Made by a program: the position numbers and the translations under genes
Shown here: positions 16,984-26,264 of the stretch, one piece after another
Numbering within the stretch: the stretch's first letter is position 1
Layout: each line of letters begins with the position of its first letter
IMG/VR virus record: IMGVR_UViG_3300028198_000012
Span: 1 to 29,166 of that record
Length of the DNA: 29,166 bases
Strand: one strand, 5' to 3'
Source: a virus
Lineage: Duplodnaviria > Caudoviricetes
The notes under the pieces: generated by a model
The model's input: the letters and a program-made list of their open reading frames with translations, nothing else
Databases searched by the model: none
Told to the model about the DNA's origin: nothing

Positions 16984-17997
16984 TTAAGCGTTAAATTTAC
17001 CGTGAGCGATAATCTCGTCATCTCCCTCTAATACATAACCTATAGAACTCACATCTACTTTAAGATAAAACGCTGCGCCTGCTTGTTCTATTTCTAATGC
17101 ATCATGTTCCATATATTGACCATTTATAAAAAATACAAAATCATCTTCACTCGTTGCAGTAATTCCTGTTGGGGCTGATGCTGTAACTGCTGAAAAACTA
17201 GCCGTGGCATATCCAGTAAGTTCATTTAACGTAGCCACGGTCACAAATGACGAAGCTTTCTTAACATAAGATTTTCTCAAATAATCTAATCTATGTTGAA
17301 CATATATTTTTGAAGTAGCGGCATTATCTACACTTGCTGTTGCAGGTAATCCTAATACTTCTCCCCCACCACTAAATGTTAAATCGGCGTTACTCCCCAT
17401 AGTAGAAGATGCAAGTGAAGTAATTGTTTTGTTGGTTAATGTATCGGTTGTAGAAACACCAACTATATTGATATTACTACCAGCGGCATTATCTATAGCC
17501 CATCTTGTTTCACTATGGTCAAATATTAATTGTGCATTTGTACTACCTAATCTACCAACTCTTAATCCACTATCTTGTGAACCTAAAGCAGTTGATCCAC
17601 TAAAATTTATATCAACGATAGGATCTTCAATTGAAATCGTAGCTTGATTAAATACACTTGAAGTACCTTCTACAATTAAATCTCCCCATATTTTTACTGA
17701 GCCGGTTGGGTGTCCTAATGGATTTATTTGTAAAACAATATTTGAACCATAACTTCCAGTAGAATATATGTTTCCACCACCAGATTGTTCTACTGCATCA
17801 TATAAATATAAATTTTTTCCTGCAACATATCCACCAGTACCAGCATCAAGTGATCCAGTACTAACTTCATCTAAAGATAAAGTATCCCATTCAATTTCAT
17901 ATAATCCTGTAGCTGATGAGGTGTATGCACTCGTTCTTAAAACTCGTCCACCTACTGTTCCCGCTTTTGCTTGTCTTGATAAATCTATTAATGCCAT
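16984..17997 (-). CDS. Fibre-like virion structural protein
   Basis: 337 aa. GDLIVEGT...IEDPIVDIN...FDHSETRW...STTDTLTNKTIT parallels a segment of the long fibre. Confidence 0.75.
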   Translation of the reverse strand: MALIDLSRQAKAGTVGGRVLRTSAYTSSATGLYEIEWDTLSLDEVSTGSLDAGTGGYVAGKNLYLYDAVEQSGGGNIYSTGSYGSNIVLQINPLGHPTGSVKIWGDLIVEGTSSVFNQATISIEDPIVDINFSGSTALGSQDSGLRVGRLGSTNAQLIFDHSETRWAIDNAAGSNINIVGVSTTDTLTNKTITSLASSTMGSNADLTFSGGGEVLGLPATASVDNAATSKIYVQHRLDYLRKSYVKKASSFVTVATLNELTGYATASFSAVTASAPTGITATSEDDFVFFINGQYMEHDALEIEQAGAAFYLKVDVSSIGYVLEGDDEIIAHGKFNA

Positions 17998-18524
17998 TAT
18001 ATTATTTCCGTTTGAAATTCAAGTTGTATCTCGTCACCATCTTGTAAAGTAATTCCACGTAATACTCCACTTAATGCGTAAAGTTTCCGTATATGTATCT
18101 TTCTATAATTAGTAGCAAAATACCAATCTACTCCTGAAGTATTCGTCCAGGGAGTTTTATTAATTTGATTCACTCCATTTACTTTCACTCTTGTTCCCAT
18201 TGCAGTTGCACTAAATCCGGCGGATATCCCTAGATTAAAAGTTTGATATGTTGATGCATTTGTCTCTATATCACTATATCTCAATTCTCTTCTATGTCGT
18301 TGTATAAATCGTACTGTATCTTTATAATGTAATACATGATGTAAATCTGTAGCTCTAGCATTTCTCATATTCATCGTAAATGGCATCTTATCTTGTCTAC
18401 CATCTTTTAAACTACCAGATACATTACTATAAAATTGTAATTGGTCTCCACTAAATACCGATTCACTTACGGGTGCGGTATATTTTCTTGTTGAACCTTT
18501 ATATCCTTGTAATTCTGTTATCAT
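17997..18524 (-). CDS. Hypothetical virion-associated protein
   Basis: 175 aa, overlapping both neighbours by 1-4 nt (translational coupling). Confidence 0.7.
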   Translation of the reverse strand: MITELQGYKGSTRKYTAPVSESVFSGDQLQFYSNVSGSLKDGRQDKMPFTMNMRNARATDLHHVLHYKDTVRFIQRHRRELRYSDIETNASTYQTFNLGISAGFSATAMGTRVKVNGVNQINKTPWTNTSGVDWYFATNYRKIHIRKLYALSGVLRGITLQDGDEIQLEFQTEII

Positions 18525-19891
18525 CCCACACTCAATACATATTTTATTACTATATCATCTGATGCATCTATATTTATTCCCACCCCACCAGTATATGGTT
18601 TATTTATAGCAATTTTTCCTGCCGTAGAAGAACTAATATAAAAATCATAATCAGTAGTTACTGTTGTTTGATTTGATGGGTTACTTGATAAAAAACTCCC
18701 ATTTATTGATACATAAACCGTACCATTAAATAAAGTTTTTCCACTCGGCACAGTAACTTGATATATTTGTTTCTCTGGAGTAGCCTCTGTCTCTAATGAA
18801 TGTGACTGAGACCCACTAAAACTACTCTGTTTTTCCGTCATAGATGAAGATACAAACCCATAAGTCATTACTGCTAAACTATCAGTGCTCGAAGTTGGTT
18901 CTCCATCAGACCTCATAATATAAAAAGTATTTCCACCATATGTGTTTGTAAATTCTAAATCTTTTGTTTCTTGTCCTACAGCACTTCGTGCTCCTCGTAT
19001 AAAATCAGTAGCACTTCCTAATCCACTTTGTACACCACTTGAAAATTTCCCACCAGTCAATGTTACGGTTTCTGCTCGTTGATCTGGTGAATAAACACTT
19101 GAAAAACTTAAATCTGTTTCATCATTTATATTAACTCTAGCGGGTGTTAAATATTTTCGAGTATTTATATAATTGTTAAATGCTTCAGGTATTAAATAAC
19201 CTCTAAAATTAAATGAAAAAGAAGTTTTAATCATCCTTTCATTATCTGCCATCTCTGTAGCATCTTCAAAACTTTCTACATTAACTTTAAATTTAAATTT
19301 TCCAGGTTCTCCCCAATATGCACCATCACTATATTGTATTTTTTCAATAATACTATTCATTTGTTCAATATATGCTGTCCATATAATACATTCATAAGAC
19401 ATAATAACATAATCTGGAACTGCTACATTATATAATTCTCTTTGTGGTAAAATTCCTTTTTGTGCTGAAAATTTATCATAACGATTTTCTTGAGTGTATT
19501 TTTTCTCAAATGTATAAAATAATTTTGGATCATTTGCATCTAACTTATCTACTGCCATTGTATCATCTTTAGCAATAGATGTACGTCTAAATGCAATCAT
19601 AGGAGTTATTAATTGTTTTTTACTATCTCTAAGGTGTCCATTTTTTTGTATAGTTTTCCATCTTTCAGGATTTGCATACATAATAGGAACTTTTATTTCT
19701 TCACCCTGTTCCATCACCGTAGGAGATATAGTATTTTGAAAATAATACATAATTGCAGCGTCGTGATCCATCAATGTAACTTCTACATTTTTCTGCTCTT
19801 GTTTATCACGACGACGTGCCTCTCCTCTATTTGGAACGGGAGAAGTATAAATATATCGTTGTGATCTTGGTAATGGTTTTAATCTAGCCAC
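18521..19891 (-). CDS. Tail terminator/sheath stabiliser (T4 gp15-like) with C-terminal extension
   Basis: IKVPIMYANPERW...TPMIAFRRTSI...VPDYV..SYE..IWT....MNSIIEKI follows the gp15 pattern. It comes after the gp13- and gp14-like genes. GTG start overlaps the upstream TAG. Confidence 0.7.
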   Translation of the reverse strand: MARLKPLPRSQRYIYTSPVPNRGEARRRDKQEQKNVEVTLMDHDAAIMYYFQNTISPTVMEQGEEIKVPIMYANPERWKTIQKNGHLRDSKKQLITPMIAFRRTSIAKDDTMAVDKLDANDPKLFYTFEKKYTQENRYDKFSAQKGILPQRELYNVAVPDYVIMSYECIIWTAYIEQMNSIIEKIQYSDGAYWGEPGKFKFKVNVESFEDATEMADNERMIKTSFSFNFRGYLIPEAFNNYINTRKYLTPARVNINDETDLSFSSVYSPDQRAETVTLTGGKFSSGVQSGLGSATDFIRGARSAVGQETKDLEFTNTYGGNTFYIMRSDGEPTSSTDSLAVMTYGFVSSSMTEKQSSFSGSQSHSLETEATPEKQIYQVTVPSGKTLFNGTVYVSINGSFLSSNPSNQTTVTTDYDFYISSSTAGKIAINKPYTGGVGINIDASDDIVIKYVLSVG

Positions 19892-20376
19892 TAATTACTC
19901 CGTATTCTTTCAATCTGTAAATTACTTTTTCTAACAAGAAATGCATTACACACAACCGAAAAATTACTATCTACTTGACCACCAAGTAATTGATTTTCAT
20001 TCAAGGAAGCTATTTCCCAATGTGCATAATTCCAATCAATTATATCACCGATACTTGTAACTAATGGTAATCCTACTAAATAATCTCTCTCAAATGAAAA
20101 TGTTGCAGTTTGTCTCATATCTGGCCCAAACTCATCTGTGTTGAAATCGAAATCTTCAGCAGAAACTAATGAAGGTAATTGTACCCCTGGTAGATAAATC
20201 TTTCCAGCAGATGCTTCCCCATATAAATTGGTTGCTGTATTTTCTACAGATAAACGAAACAGTTTAACAAAAGTATTGATAATCCCTTCTTTATTATCAC
20301 GAGGACTACCAAGTAATTCTTTATTTACAGTTTCAAAAAAGTTTCTGTCTGTTTGACTTAAAAATCTTGAAGCCAT
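19891..20376 (-). CDS. Neck/head-closure protein (T4 gp14-like)
   Basis: NLYGEA, FGPD..., IGDIIDW....WEI motifs, and position between the gp13-like and gp15-like genes. Confidence 0.65.
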   Translation of the reverse strand: MASRFLSQTDRNFFETVNKELLGSPRDNKEGIINTFVKLFRLSVENTATNLYGEASAGKIYLPGVQLPSLVSAEDFDFNTDEFGPDMRQTATFSFERDYLVGLPLVTSIGDIIDWNYAHWEIASLNENQLLGGQVDSNFSVVCNAFLVRKSNLQIERIRSN

Positions 20377-20380
20377 ATTT

Positions 20381-21541
20381 TTATCCTATAAAAATTGGTA
20401 TTGGAACTTTATTTAATTTCTGCTGTAAAAACTCAGATTCCTCTTGGTCTTTTTCTGTCAGAGCTCTTCTACTCGTTTGTTCTAATGTTTCTCTCAACTG
20501 AGTAATCAATTGTTCTTTTTCAGTAGCTGCTTCAGTTCTTAAAGCATCACCGTCCATAGTTACTTCTGAGTTTGGTATAGGTATTGTTCCATATTTACTT
20601 CTAACTGCACCTAAAATCTCTTTAGATAATGCCAAACCATATTTACGAATCCAAGTTTTCCCAGGATCATTAATTTGATTATAATTCATATTATTATATG
20701 GTACATTAGAAAAATCTGATATAGAACCCGTTACAGAAGTTCCCACTCCCTCAACCAATCCACTTTTATCTTCCGTTAAATAATAATCAAACCATACTTT
20801 AAAAGTATCACTTGGATCTGGAAATATTCTCAATTTATTATTAACTAAATGAAATGAATATGCTGATTTTCTAATCTCATCATTTAACTCAATTGCCTGT
20901 ACTCTCAACAAATCCTCAAATATTGGCATCATTGTAAAAGAAACGGCGGGTGAATACGAACCAAACCCAAATCCTTCAATTAAATTTTGAGTTCCATATC
21001 CAGTTGTTGCGTATGGATCAAAATATCTTTGAATTGCTGGTGTTGCTCCATGATAAACTCGTCTAATTTCAATTGCTTTTCCAGATTCAGATACTGCTGC
21101 ATATAAAGCATTTAAATCATATAATTGACTACCACTATTTACTGTGATTGAACCTTTCTTTAAATCTACTTGTCCACCAACGGGTAAAGTAGCTTCCGTA
21201 CCATATTGGTTAGACAATGCTACAGTTCTTCCTAATGTTGGTGTAACATTTTTATGTGTTAAATCTGAACCTGTTGATTGTCCTTTTAACTGTAATAAGT
21301 TATCAATTATATTATATTGATTTACCTGTGAGGAATATTCTAATGAGGCCTCTTCAAAACATGCATAAAAACTTGTATCCTGTAACTCTACGTCCATTAT
21401 AGGATAGCCCAATCTACGGGCTGCCCAAGTTGCGAATTTCGGTGCGTCTGTTTGAAATGTTGATTGATTATCAAAAGTTCCAAACGGTGTTGATTCACTT
21501 ACGGCTGAACCACTTCCTGGCCATATTGAGGTTTGTGCCAT
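20381..21541 (-). CDS. Neck/head-tail adaptor protein (T4 gp13-like)
   Basis: RRLGYPIMDVEL.....CFEEA and WIRKY.LALSKEILG.VRSKY..IP....VTMDG.AL..EA..EKEQL match the gp13 pattern. Confidence 0.8.
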   Translation of the reverse strand: MAQTSIWPGSGSAVSESTPFGTFDNQSTFQTDAPKFATWAARRLGYPIMDVELQDTSFYACFEEASLEYSSQVNQYNIIDNLLQLKGQSTGSDLTHKNVTPTLGRTVALSNQYGTEATLPVGGQVDLKKGSITVNSGSQLYDLNALYAAVSESGKAIEIRRVYHGATPAIQRYFDPYATTGYGTQNLIEGFGFGSYSPAVSFTMMPIFEDLLRVQAIELNDEIRKSAYSFHLVNNKLRIFPDPSDTFKVWFDYYLTEDKSGLVEGVGTSVTGSISDFSNVPYNNMNYNQINDPGKTWIRKYGLALSKEILGAVRSKYGTIPIPNSEVTMDGDALRTEAATEKEQLITQLRETLEQTSRRALTEKDQEESEFLQQKLNKVPIPIFIG

Positions 21542-21627
21542 TTAAACTTCTCCAATTAAATAAAGTTATTCACTAATAAATAGATGATAGGGGAAAAGAA
21601 AGATTATAAGAGTTATAACTAATTAAT

Positions 21628-22440
21628 TTATCTGTGTTCTTGTTCGTTGTTTTGTGGGCCTTTGACACTACTTACTAATATGTTATTTGCAAAATAATTG
21701 TTATCACTAGAATTAATATCAGTACTATCTATAAAATACGTTTCAAATTCATCATCTATATCTTCAAACCCTACTATTGTAACTGCATCATTAACCAATT
21801 CTGTATAATTACCTTCCACTTCCATACGAATATCTTCTATTGCCTTTCCCGTTCCCAGTATAGGAAATCCACCAATTTTTAATTGTGCTGTTTCCCATTC
21901 ATTTCTTGTAACCACATTATTAAATCTTAAATCTTCTATATCATATTTACTTTCTGTATACTTTTTTTCAGGTGAATATGATTCCATTCCTACATTACAG
22001 CAAAAATGGTATCCCAAATCTTTAGCCCAATCATCAACTTCGTCTATATCAGTAACCATTTTTGCACGAGCACCTACTCTATCATATTCTTCCATACCCC
22101 CATCCACATCACTACATCCACGAGTTTCTATACCATCTTCACGATAAACAATACCACACGGCATAGCTTGCATTCTTAATGGGTGACCGATAGTAGTAAT
22201 TAAATCAGTCCCATCACTAAATTTTATTTTAACTAACTTAGTAGCTCGTTGTTTTTTTACTTTTCTAACTTTAGTATATGTGGGAGTATTCATCATAGGA
22301 TGTGCCCCATCATAATCTTCTGAAGCCATATCGAATGTTTTTATAACATCACCAGTTTGAATTTCTTCTATGGGTTTCTGATAATCATCTAACATAGTAA
22401 TTAACGTACCAGATGATAATCCAGGAATGATTTGTTCCAT
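21628..22440 (-). CDS. Stand-alone Hint (intein-like) domain protein lacking both terminal catalytic residues
   Basis: Block A GLSSGTLITM....KPIEEIQTGDVIKTFD, block B LITTIGHPL, block G NYFANNILVSS. Gly replaces Cys1 and SS replaces HN. Confidence 0.8.
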   Translation of the reverse strand: MEQIIPGLSSGTLITMLDDYQKPIEEIQTGDVIKTFDMASEDYDGAHPMMNTPTYTKVRKVKKQRATKLVKIKFSDGTDLITTIGHPLRMQAMPCGIVYREDGIETRGCSDVDGGMEEYDRVGARAKMVTDIDEVDDWAKDLGYHFCCNVGMESYSPEKKYTESKYDIEDLRFNNVVTRNEWETAQLKIGGFPILGTGKAIEDIRMEVEGNYTELVNDAVTIVGFEDIDDEFETYFIDSTDINSSDNNYFANNILVSSVKGPQNNEQEHR

Positions 22441-22442
22441 TA

Positions 22443-23000
22443 TTAATCTACACCTAAACCAAGTAAAACTCCATTTGCAAAGAAAGTTGATCCTTTATCC
22501 AATCCACCAATACAATACATAGTAAAATCATCCTTACCTTCTTGAGATTCTACTTCCTCGACTGTTACATCATATGATAATCCTTCACCATCATCCACAA
22601 AAACTGGATCATCGGCTGCAATTGCTGAAAATCTACTTTCAGGTTCACCTTCAGCATGTTCACCTGCACCATAGACTTCTTCTGCTGCTTCTTTACTTGC
22701 AACTACCCAATTCGTTCCTTCTTTCATCCCATATATTGGACTATCTGATGATAATACCAAATTAGTATCATTACTAAGTGATATTTTACTTACATCTACA
22801 CTTTCAATAGTGTTTTCTTGTACTTCAGTAACAGCTCCTGATGTTTGTTCATTTACCTCTATATGTGCCGAATCAAAATCTTCTGCTGATCCATCATATG
22901 TTTGAATTTTATCCCCTACTAGAATTTCTTCTATTGCCTTTAGAGAACCATCTTCTAGTGTTATCAAAGTACCTGTGTTTAACCACGACAAATTTGCCAT
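22443..23000 (-). CDS. Stand-alone acidic Hint domain protein, catalytically degenerate
   Basis: Block A WLNTGTLITLEDGSLKAIEEILVGDKIQTYD, block B LVLSSDSPI (no His), block G TFFANGVLLG (no HN). AGGAG RBS. Confidence 0.8.
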   Translation of the reverse strand: MANLSWLNTGTLITLEDGSLKAIEEILVGDKIQTYDGSAEDFDSAHIEVNEQTSGAVTEVQENTIESVDVSKISLSNDTNLVLSSDSPIYGMKEGTNWVVASKEAAEEVYGAGEHAEGEPESRFSAIAADDPVFVDDGEGLSYDVTVEEVESQEGKDDFTMYCIGGLDKGSTFFANGVLLGLGVD

Positions 23001-23061
23001 CTTGTAATCTCCTAATTATAAATTTAAGATATATAATCTCTACTATAAATATAATGATCAC

Positions 23062-23094
23062 AAAAAAACCCCAATCTAAAGACTGGGGTTTTTT
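23062..23094. terminator. Bidirectional-type intrinsic terminator after the major capsid gene
   Basis: AAAAAAACCCCA-atctaaagac-TGGGGTTTTTT, about 25 nt past the capsid stop. Confidence 0.9.
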
Positions 23095-23119
23095 CAGTTA
23101 TCTTATAAGATATTAACCA

Positions 23120-24736
23120 TTATACATAGTTAACATCAGCAACGATCACTTTACCGTAGAATTCTGGCCTGACCATCTTCTTGGCGTAGCGAGTCATTAC
23201 ACCTTTACGTGGAGTAAAGTTAGTTGGGTCATAGACCAACGGAGTCATTATAAGAGGTACATACGGAGCATATACAGCACCTGTTTCAAGGAAATTACTT
23301 CCTCTGAAACCGACTAAGATTTGATTCTCAATCATGTATGGGTTCTTATAAACAGTATATCTGTTGTTCAATTGACCAACCTTCTGAACGCCCATTGCGT
23401 AAGAGGTGTTGGTTGCATTACCATCAGTATCAGCGGCGTAGCCAGGGATACTTTCGATGATAGTTGCAGTTTCAGGAGAAACTACGATGAAGTTTGCACC
23501 ACCACGTAGAGTCTTCTGATGAATTGCGTTACTTACAGCTTGTATCTTGTTACCAAGAGTCTGGAACCAAGTTCCTTTTGTGTAAGCGTTAGAGTTACCA
23601 GATGCTTCAACAAATAATCTAGATGCTGAGTCATACTCGTATCCAGGTCTAGCACTCCAGCGTTCCTGTTTAGCAGATTCGTTAACTAACAACATATCAA
23701 GGATTTCCAAATCAATTTCCATTGAGATGTATTCACTTAACATTGCTGTTAATTCGGCTTCTGCATCAACACTATGATAAGCGTTAAGGTCTTGAGCTAA
23801 CTCAGGAGTCCATACAGCTTTCAGTTTACGTGTTTTAGCAACGATAGAGACATTACGCATTTGGATATCAACTTCGGGTATTCCAGCTGCTGTAGTGGAA
23901 TCACCACTTGTGGAAGTATCTTCAAAATCTCCACGAGTTGTATCGGTTGGTTGTTTGTGATATTTAACACCAATACCTGTAGCCGCTCCAGTAATATCCG
24001 CTATAAACGAATATGTGGAAGCTGCTGCACTGTATTTAGTATGTGCGGGGTAGTATGCGGCTACTCCAGATCCAGAAAGTTCAAATGCACGAACACCAGA
24101 ATGATCTGGGTTTGTGAATGCACCTGTACCTACAGTAACTTTAGATAAAGTTCCTGCGGAAACAGAAGCTGAAAGATCAGGTTCGAATTCAACATCATCC
24201 CAAACAACAGAACCAGTAGTATATACCGTAGCACTTGCAGTACTACCTGATACTAATGTTCCAGTTGCGGAATCGTTGACGGAATATCCGAATTTACCAG
24301 CACCATAAAGTCCACCACTAGCATCAGCGTTTGATGCAGAGGTGTCACCATGGATATCACCACCGACTGCATGTGCTGCTGTCTGTAATGTTCCATATTT
24401 GAAGTCAAGATAAAAGATCAGTCCACTTGGAAGGTTCATAGGTTGGACAGAAACGAAGTCCTGTGCTGCTAATTCACCAAAGATTCTACGAACCAGTGGT
24501 AATGCAACTCCAGACCATTCTTCTGTACCAGGGCCACCAACTCTTGATGTTTCATCAATGAGCTGTTTAGCTTGGTTTTCCAACAGTTGAGCCATATTGT
24601 GAACTTTATCTTCTCTATCAAGACCTTCTAATAGACCTGTGGCTTCCCACTTCGCGACGAGCTTTTCTGTTTCTTTCCTACGCTCGACGGAAGGGCTATA
24701 GCCGCCCATTATATTTTCAATTGCCTTAAGTGACAT
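23120..24736 (-). CDS. Major capsid protein (T4 gp23-like)
   Basis: LLENQ, LPLVRR, VQPMNLPSGLIFYL, AKTRKLKAVWTPELAQDLNAYH..DAEAEL, YAPYVPL and FTPRKGVMTRY. Confidence 0.97.
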   Translation of the reverse strand: MSLKAIENIMGGYSPSVERRKETEKLVAKWEATGLLEGLDREDKVHNMAQLLENQAKQLIDETSRVGGPGTEEWSGVALPLVRRIFGELAAQDFVSVQPMNLPSGLIFYLDFKYGTLQTAAHAVGGDIHGDTSASNADASGGLYGAGKFGYSVNDSATGTLVSGSTASATVYTTGSVVWDDVEFEPDLSASVSAGTLSKVTVGTGAFTNPDHSGVRAFELSGSGVAAYYPAHTKYSAAASTYSFIADITGAATGIGVKYHKQPTDTTRGDFEDTSTSGDSTTAAGIPEVDIQMRNVSIVAKTRKLKAVWTPELAQDLNAYHSVDAEAELTAMLSEYISMEIDLEILDMLLVNESAKQERWSARPGYEYDSASRLFVEASGNSNAYTKGTWFQTLGNKIQAVSNAIHQKTLRGGANFIVVSPETATIIESIPGYAADTDGNATNTSYAMGVQKVGQLNNRYTVYKNPYMIENQILVGFRGSNFLETGAVYAPYVPLIMTPLVYDPTNFTPRKGVMTRYAKKMVRPEFYGKVIVADVNYV

Positions 24737-24757
24737 AATAAGTTCTCCAGTTTACTA

Positions 24758-26074
24758 TTAAATAATCTTAGCTAACTTCTGAAATCTATCTTTCATAGAA
24801 TCGCCTTCAGAAATTACTTCCTGTTTCGGTGATTTTGTTGAAGCGACAGGTTTAGATGCTGAGCCTTTAGATTCTTTAACAATTTCGGGTTTAGCTTCAG
24901 AATTTGCTCCGAAAGATTCTGCCATTGTACTATACACTAGCTTAACCTCACGAATATTCTTAGCTCTATCAAAGGTTTCAACTACTTTAACTTTCTGACC
25001 AGTATTCAAACCAAACACTCTAAATAGTTTGTTTGTGAATAATAGTTTTGCGTTAAGTAAGTTGACTTCGTTCAACTTAGAACGAAGATATTTTACGACA
25101 TTGCGATGCTCGTCAAGATCGGATTTAAGTTGAGAAACTTGCTCTTGTGCTGCTTCAGCTTCTTCTTCTTCACCTTCTTCTTCTTGAAGTGCTTTTATGA
25201 TTTCTTCTAAGTCGATTTCCTCTTCAACATCCGTTACAGCATCCTCTTGTGGGGGTGCTAGTGGATCGTCAGCGGATTCGGCTAGAGATGCTTCATCTGC
25301 AGGTTCGCCTTTTTCATCTTCAGGATTTTCACTTCCTGCTTCTGGGGCGTCTGCTGCTGCAGGTTCTTCAGAGCCTTGGCCTACTTCAGACGAATCTGAT
25401 GCTTCAGCGGCTGGTTCTGTGTTTTCTGCATTTCCGATATCAGAAGAATCAAGAGTTTCATTAGAATCGTTATCGGGGGAAATTGTATCAACTTCACCTT
25501 CGGTAACTTGTTCGTCTGTAGGCTCTTCTTCTTCAGCTTCTTCTTCATTAAGCTCATCTTCAAGTTCTTTCAATACTGCTTCGAGGTCTAGATCAGCGTC
25601 AGAAACTTCTTCGTGGCCATCTTCAACATCCTCTTCAGAATATTCTTCTTCCACTTCAGCTTCTTCTTCAGAAACTACTGGTGCATATTTAACACCATTG
25701 ATTTCAATCACGCCTTCTTCTGCAGGTATTGCGACTTCTTCTTCATCCTCATCTGAAAATTCAGCTGGAACTTCTTCAGGAGCAACTTCTTCATCTTCAT
25801 CAGAAAATTCAGCAGGTGCTTCAGGAGCAACCTCATCATCTTCTGCTGAGAATTCAGCAGGTACTTCTTCAGGAGCTATAGCAACTTCTTCTTCATCTTC
25901 GTCTGAAAATTCAGCTGGTACTTCTTCATCTTCTACTTCTGCCTGAATCTTCTTTGAAAGCATAGATTGTAGGCGAGGAGTGAAAGCTTCTTCAAGTGCC
26001 ATTTTAGCGTTTGCTAAGGCTGTTTCGCGAACTTGTTTTGCGTCTGCAATGGCTTCTTTTAAAAGATCATCCAT
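24758..26074 (-). CDS. Prohead core scaffolding protein (T4 gp22-like position)
   Basis: Very acidic central region with helical ends (EAIADAK.VRETA.ANAK.ALEEAF; LNEVNLLNAKL), immediately upstream of the capsid gene. Confidence 0.85.
   Translation of the reverse strand: MDDLLKEAIADAKQVRETALANAKMALEEAFTPRLQSMLSKKIQAEVEDEEVPAEFSDEDEEEVAIAPEEVPAEFSAEDDEVAPEAPAEFSDEDEEVAPEEVPAEFSDEDEEEVAIPAEEGVIEINGVKYAPVVSEEEAEVEEEYSEEDVEDGHEEVSDADLDLEAVLKELEDELNEEEAEEEEPTDEQVTEGEVDTISPDNDSNETLDSSDIGNAENTEPAAEASDSSEVGQGSEEPAAADAPEAGSENPEDEKGEPADEASLAESADDPLAPPQEDAVTDVEEEIDLEEIIKALQEEEGEEEEAEAAQEQVSQLKSDLDEHRNVVKYLRSKLNEVNLLNAKLLFTNKLFRVFGLNTGQKVKVVETFDRAKNIREVKLVYSTMAESFGANSEAKPEIVKESKGSASKPVASTKSPKQEVISEGDSMKDRFQKLAKII
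25715..25935 (-). repeat. Tandem PAEFSxED repeats in the scaffold
   Basis: Four copies of (EEV/EA)PAEFS(D/A)ED(E/D)E(E)VA. Confidence 0.85.
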
Positions 26075-26144
26075 TGTTTTTCTCCTAATTAATTAAAAAC
26101 TAGATAAATTACCTAATTTAATTTAATTATTTGTTTGGATTTAA

Positions 26145-26218
26145 AATAGTTATTGGGAACTATTATGTGATTAGTTTTAAGGTACACTATATGACGGGAT
26201 GGTTATCCCAATAGTGTA
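26145..26218 (-). promoter_or_regulatory. Structured 5' leader of the scaffold-capsid transcript
   Basis: Hairpins at 26183-26218 and 26145-26164, plus an 8-nt cross-complementarity between 26206-26213 and 26151-26158. Confidence 0.55.
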
Positions 26219-26228
26219 TTTAGTTTTA

Positions 26229-26237
26229 TATAAATAT
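26229..26237 (-). promoter_or_regulatory. Candidate late promoter ATATTTAT (representative copy)
   Basis: The same motif lies upstream of minus-strand genes at 661-668, 3303-3310, 10961-10968, 15034-15041 and 23045-23052, with one-mismatch copies at 3661-3668, 21576-21583 and 26489-26496. Confidence 0.65.
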
Positions 26238-26264
26238 ATATTTATTTAGGAAAACGTTCAAAAA

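Noticed and set aside
21628-23000. Active or split intein
   Set aside because: Each ORF holds a complete block A to G Hint outline, lacks Cys/Ser1 and the terminal Asn, and has no extein.
25197-25946. 249-aa Ser-rich plus-strand ORF
   Set aside because: It is the reverse complement of the GAA/GAT-rich scaffold codons.
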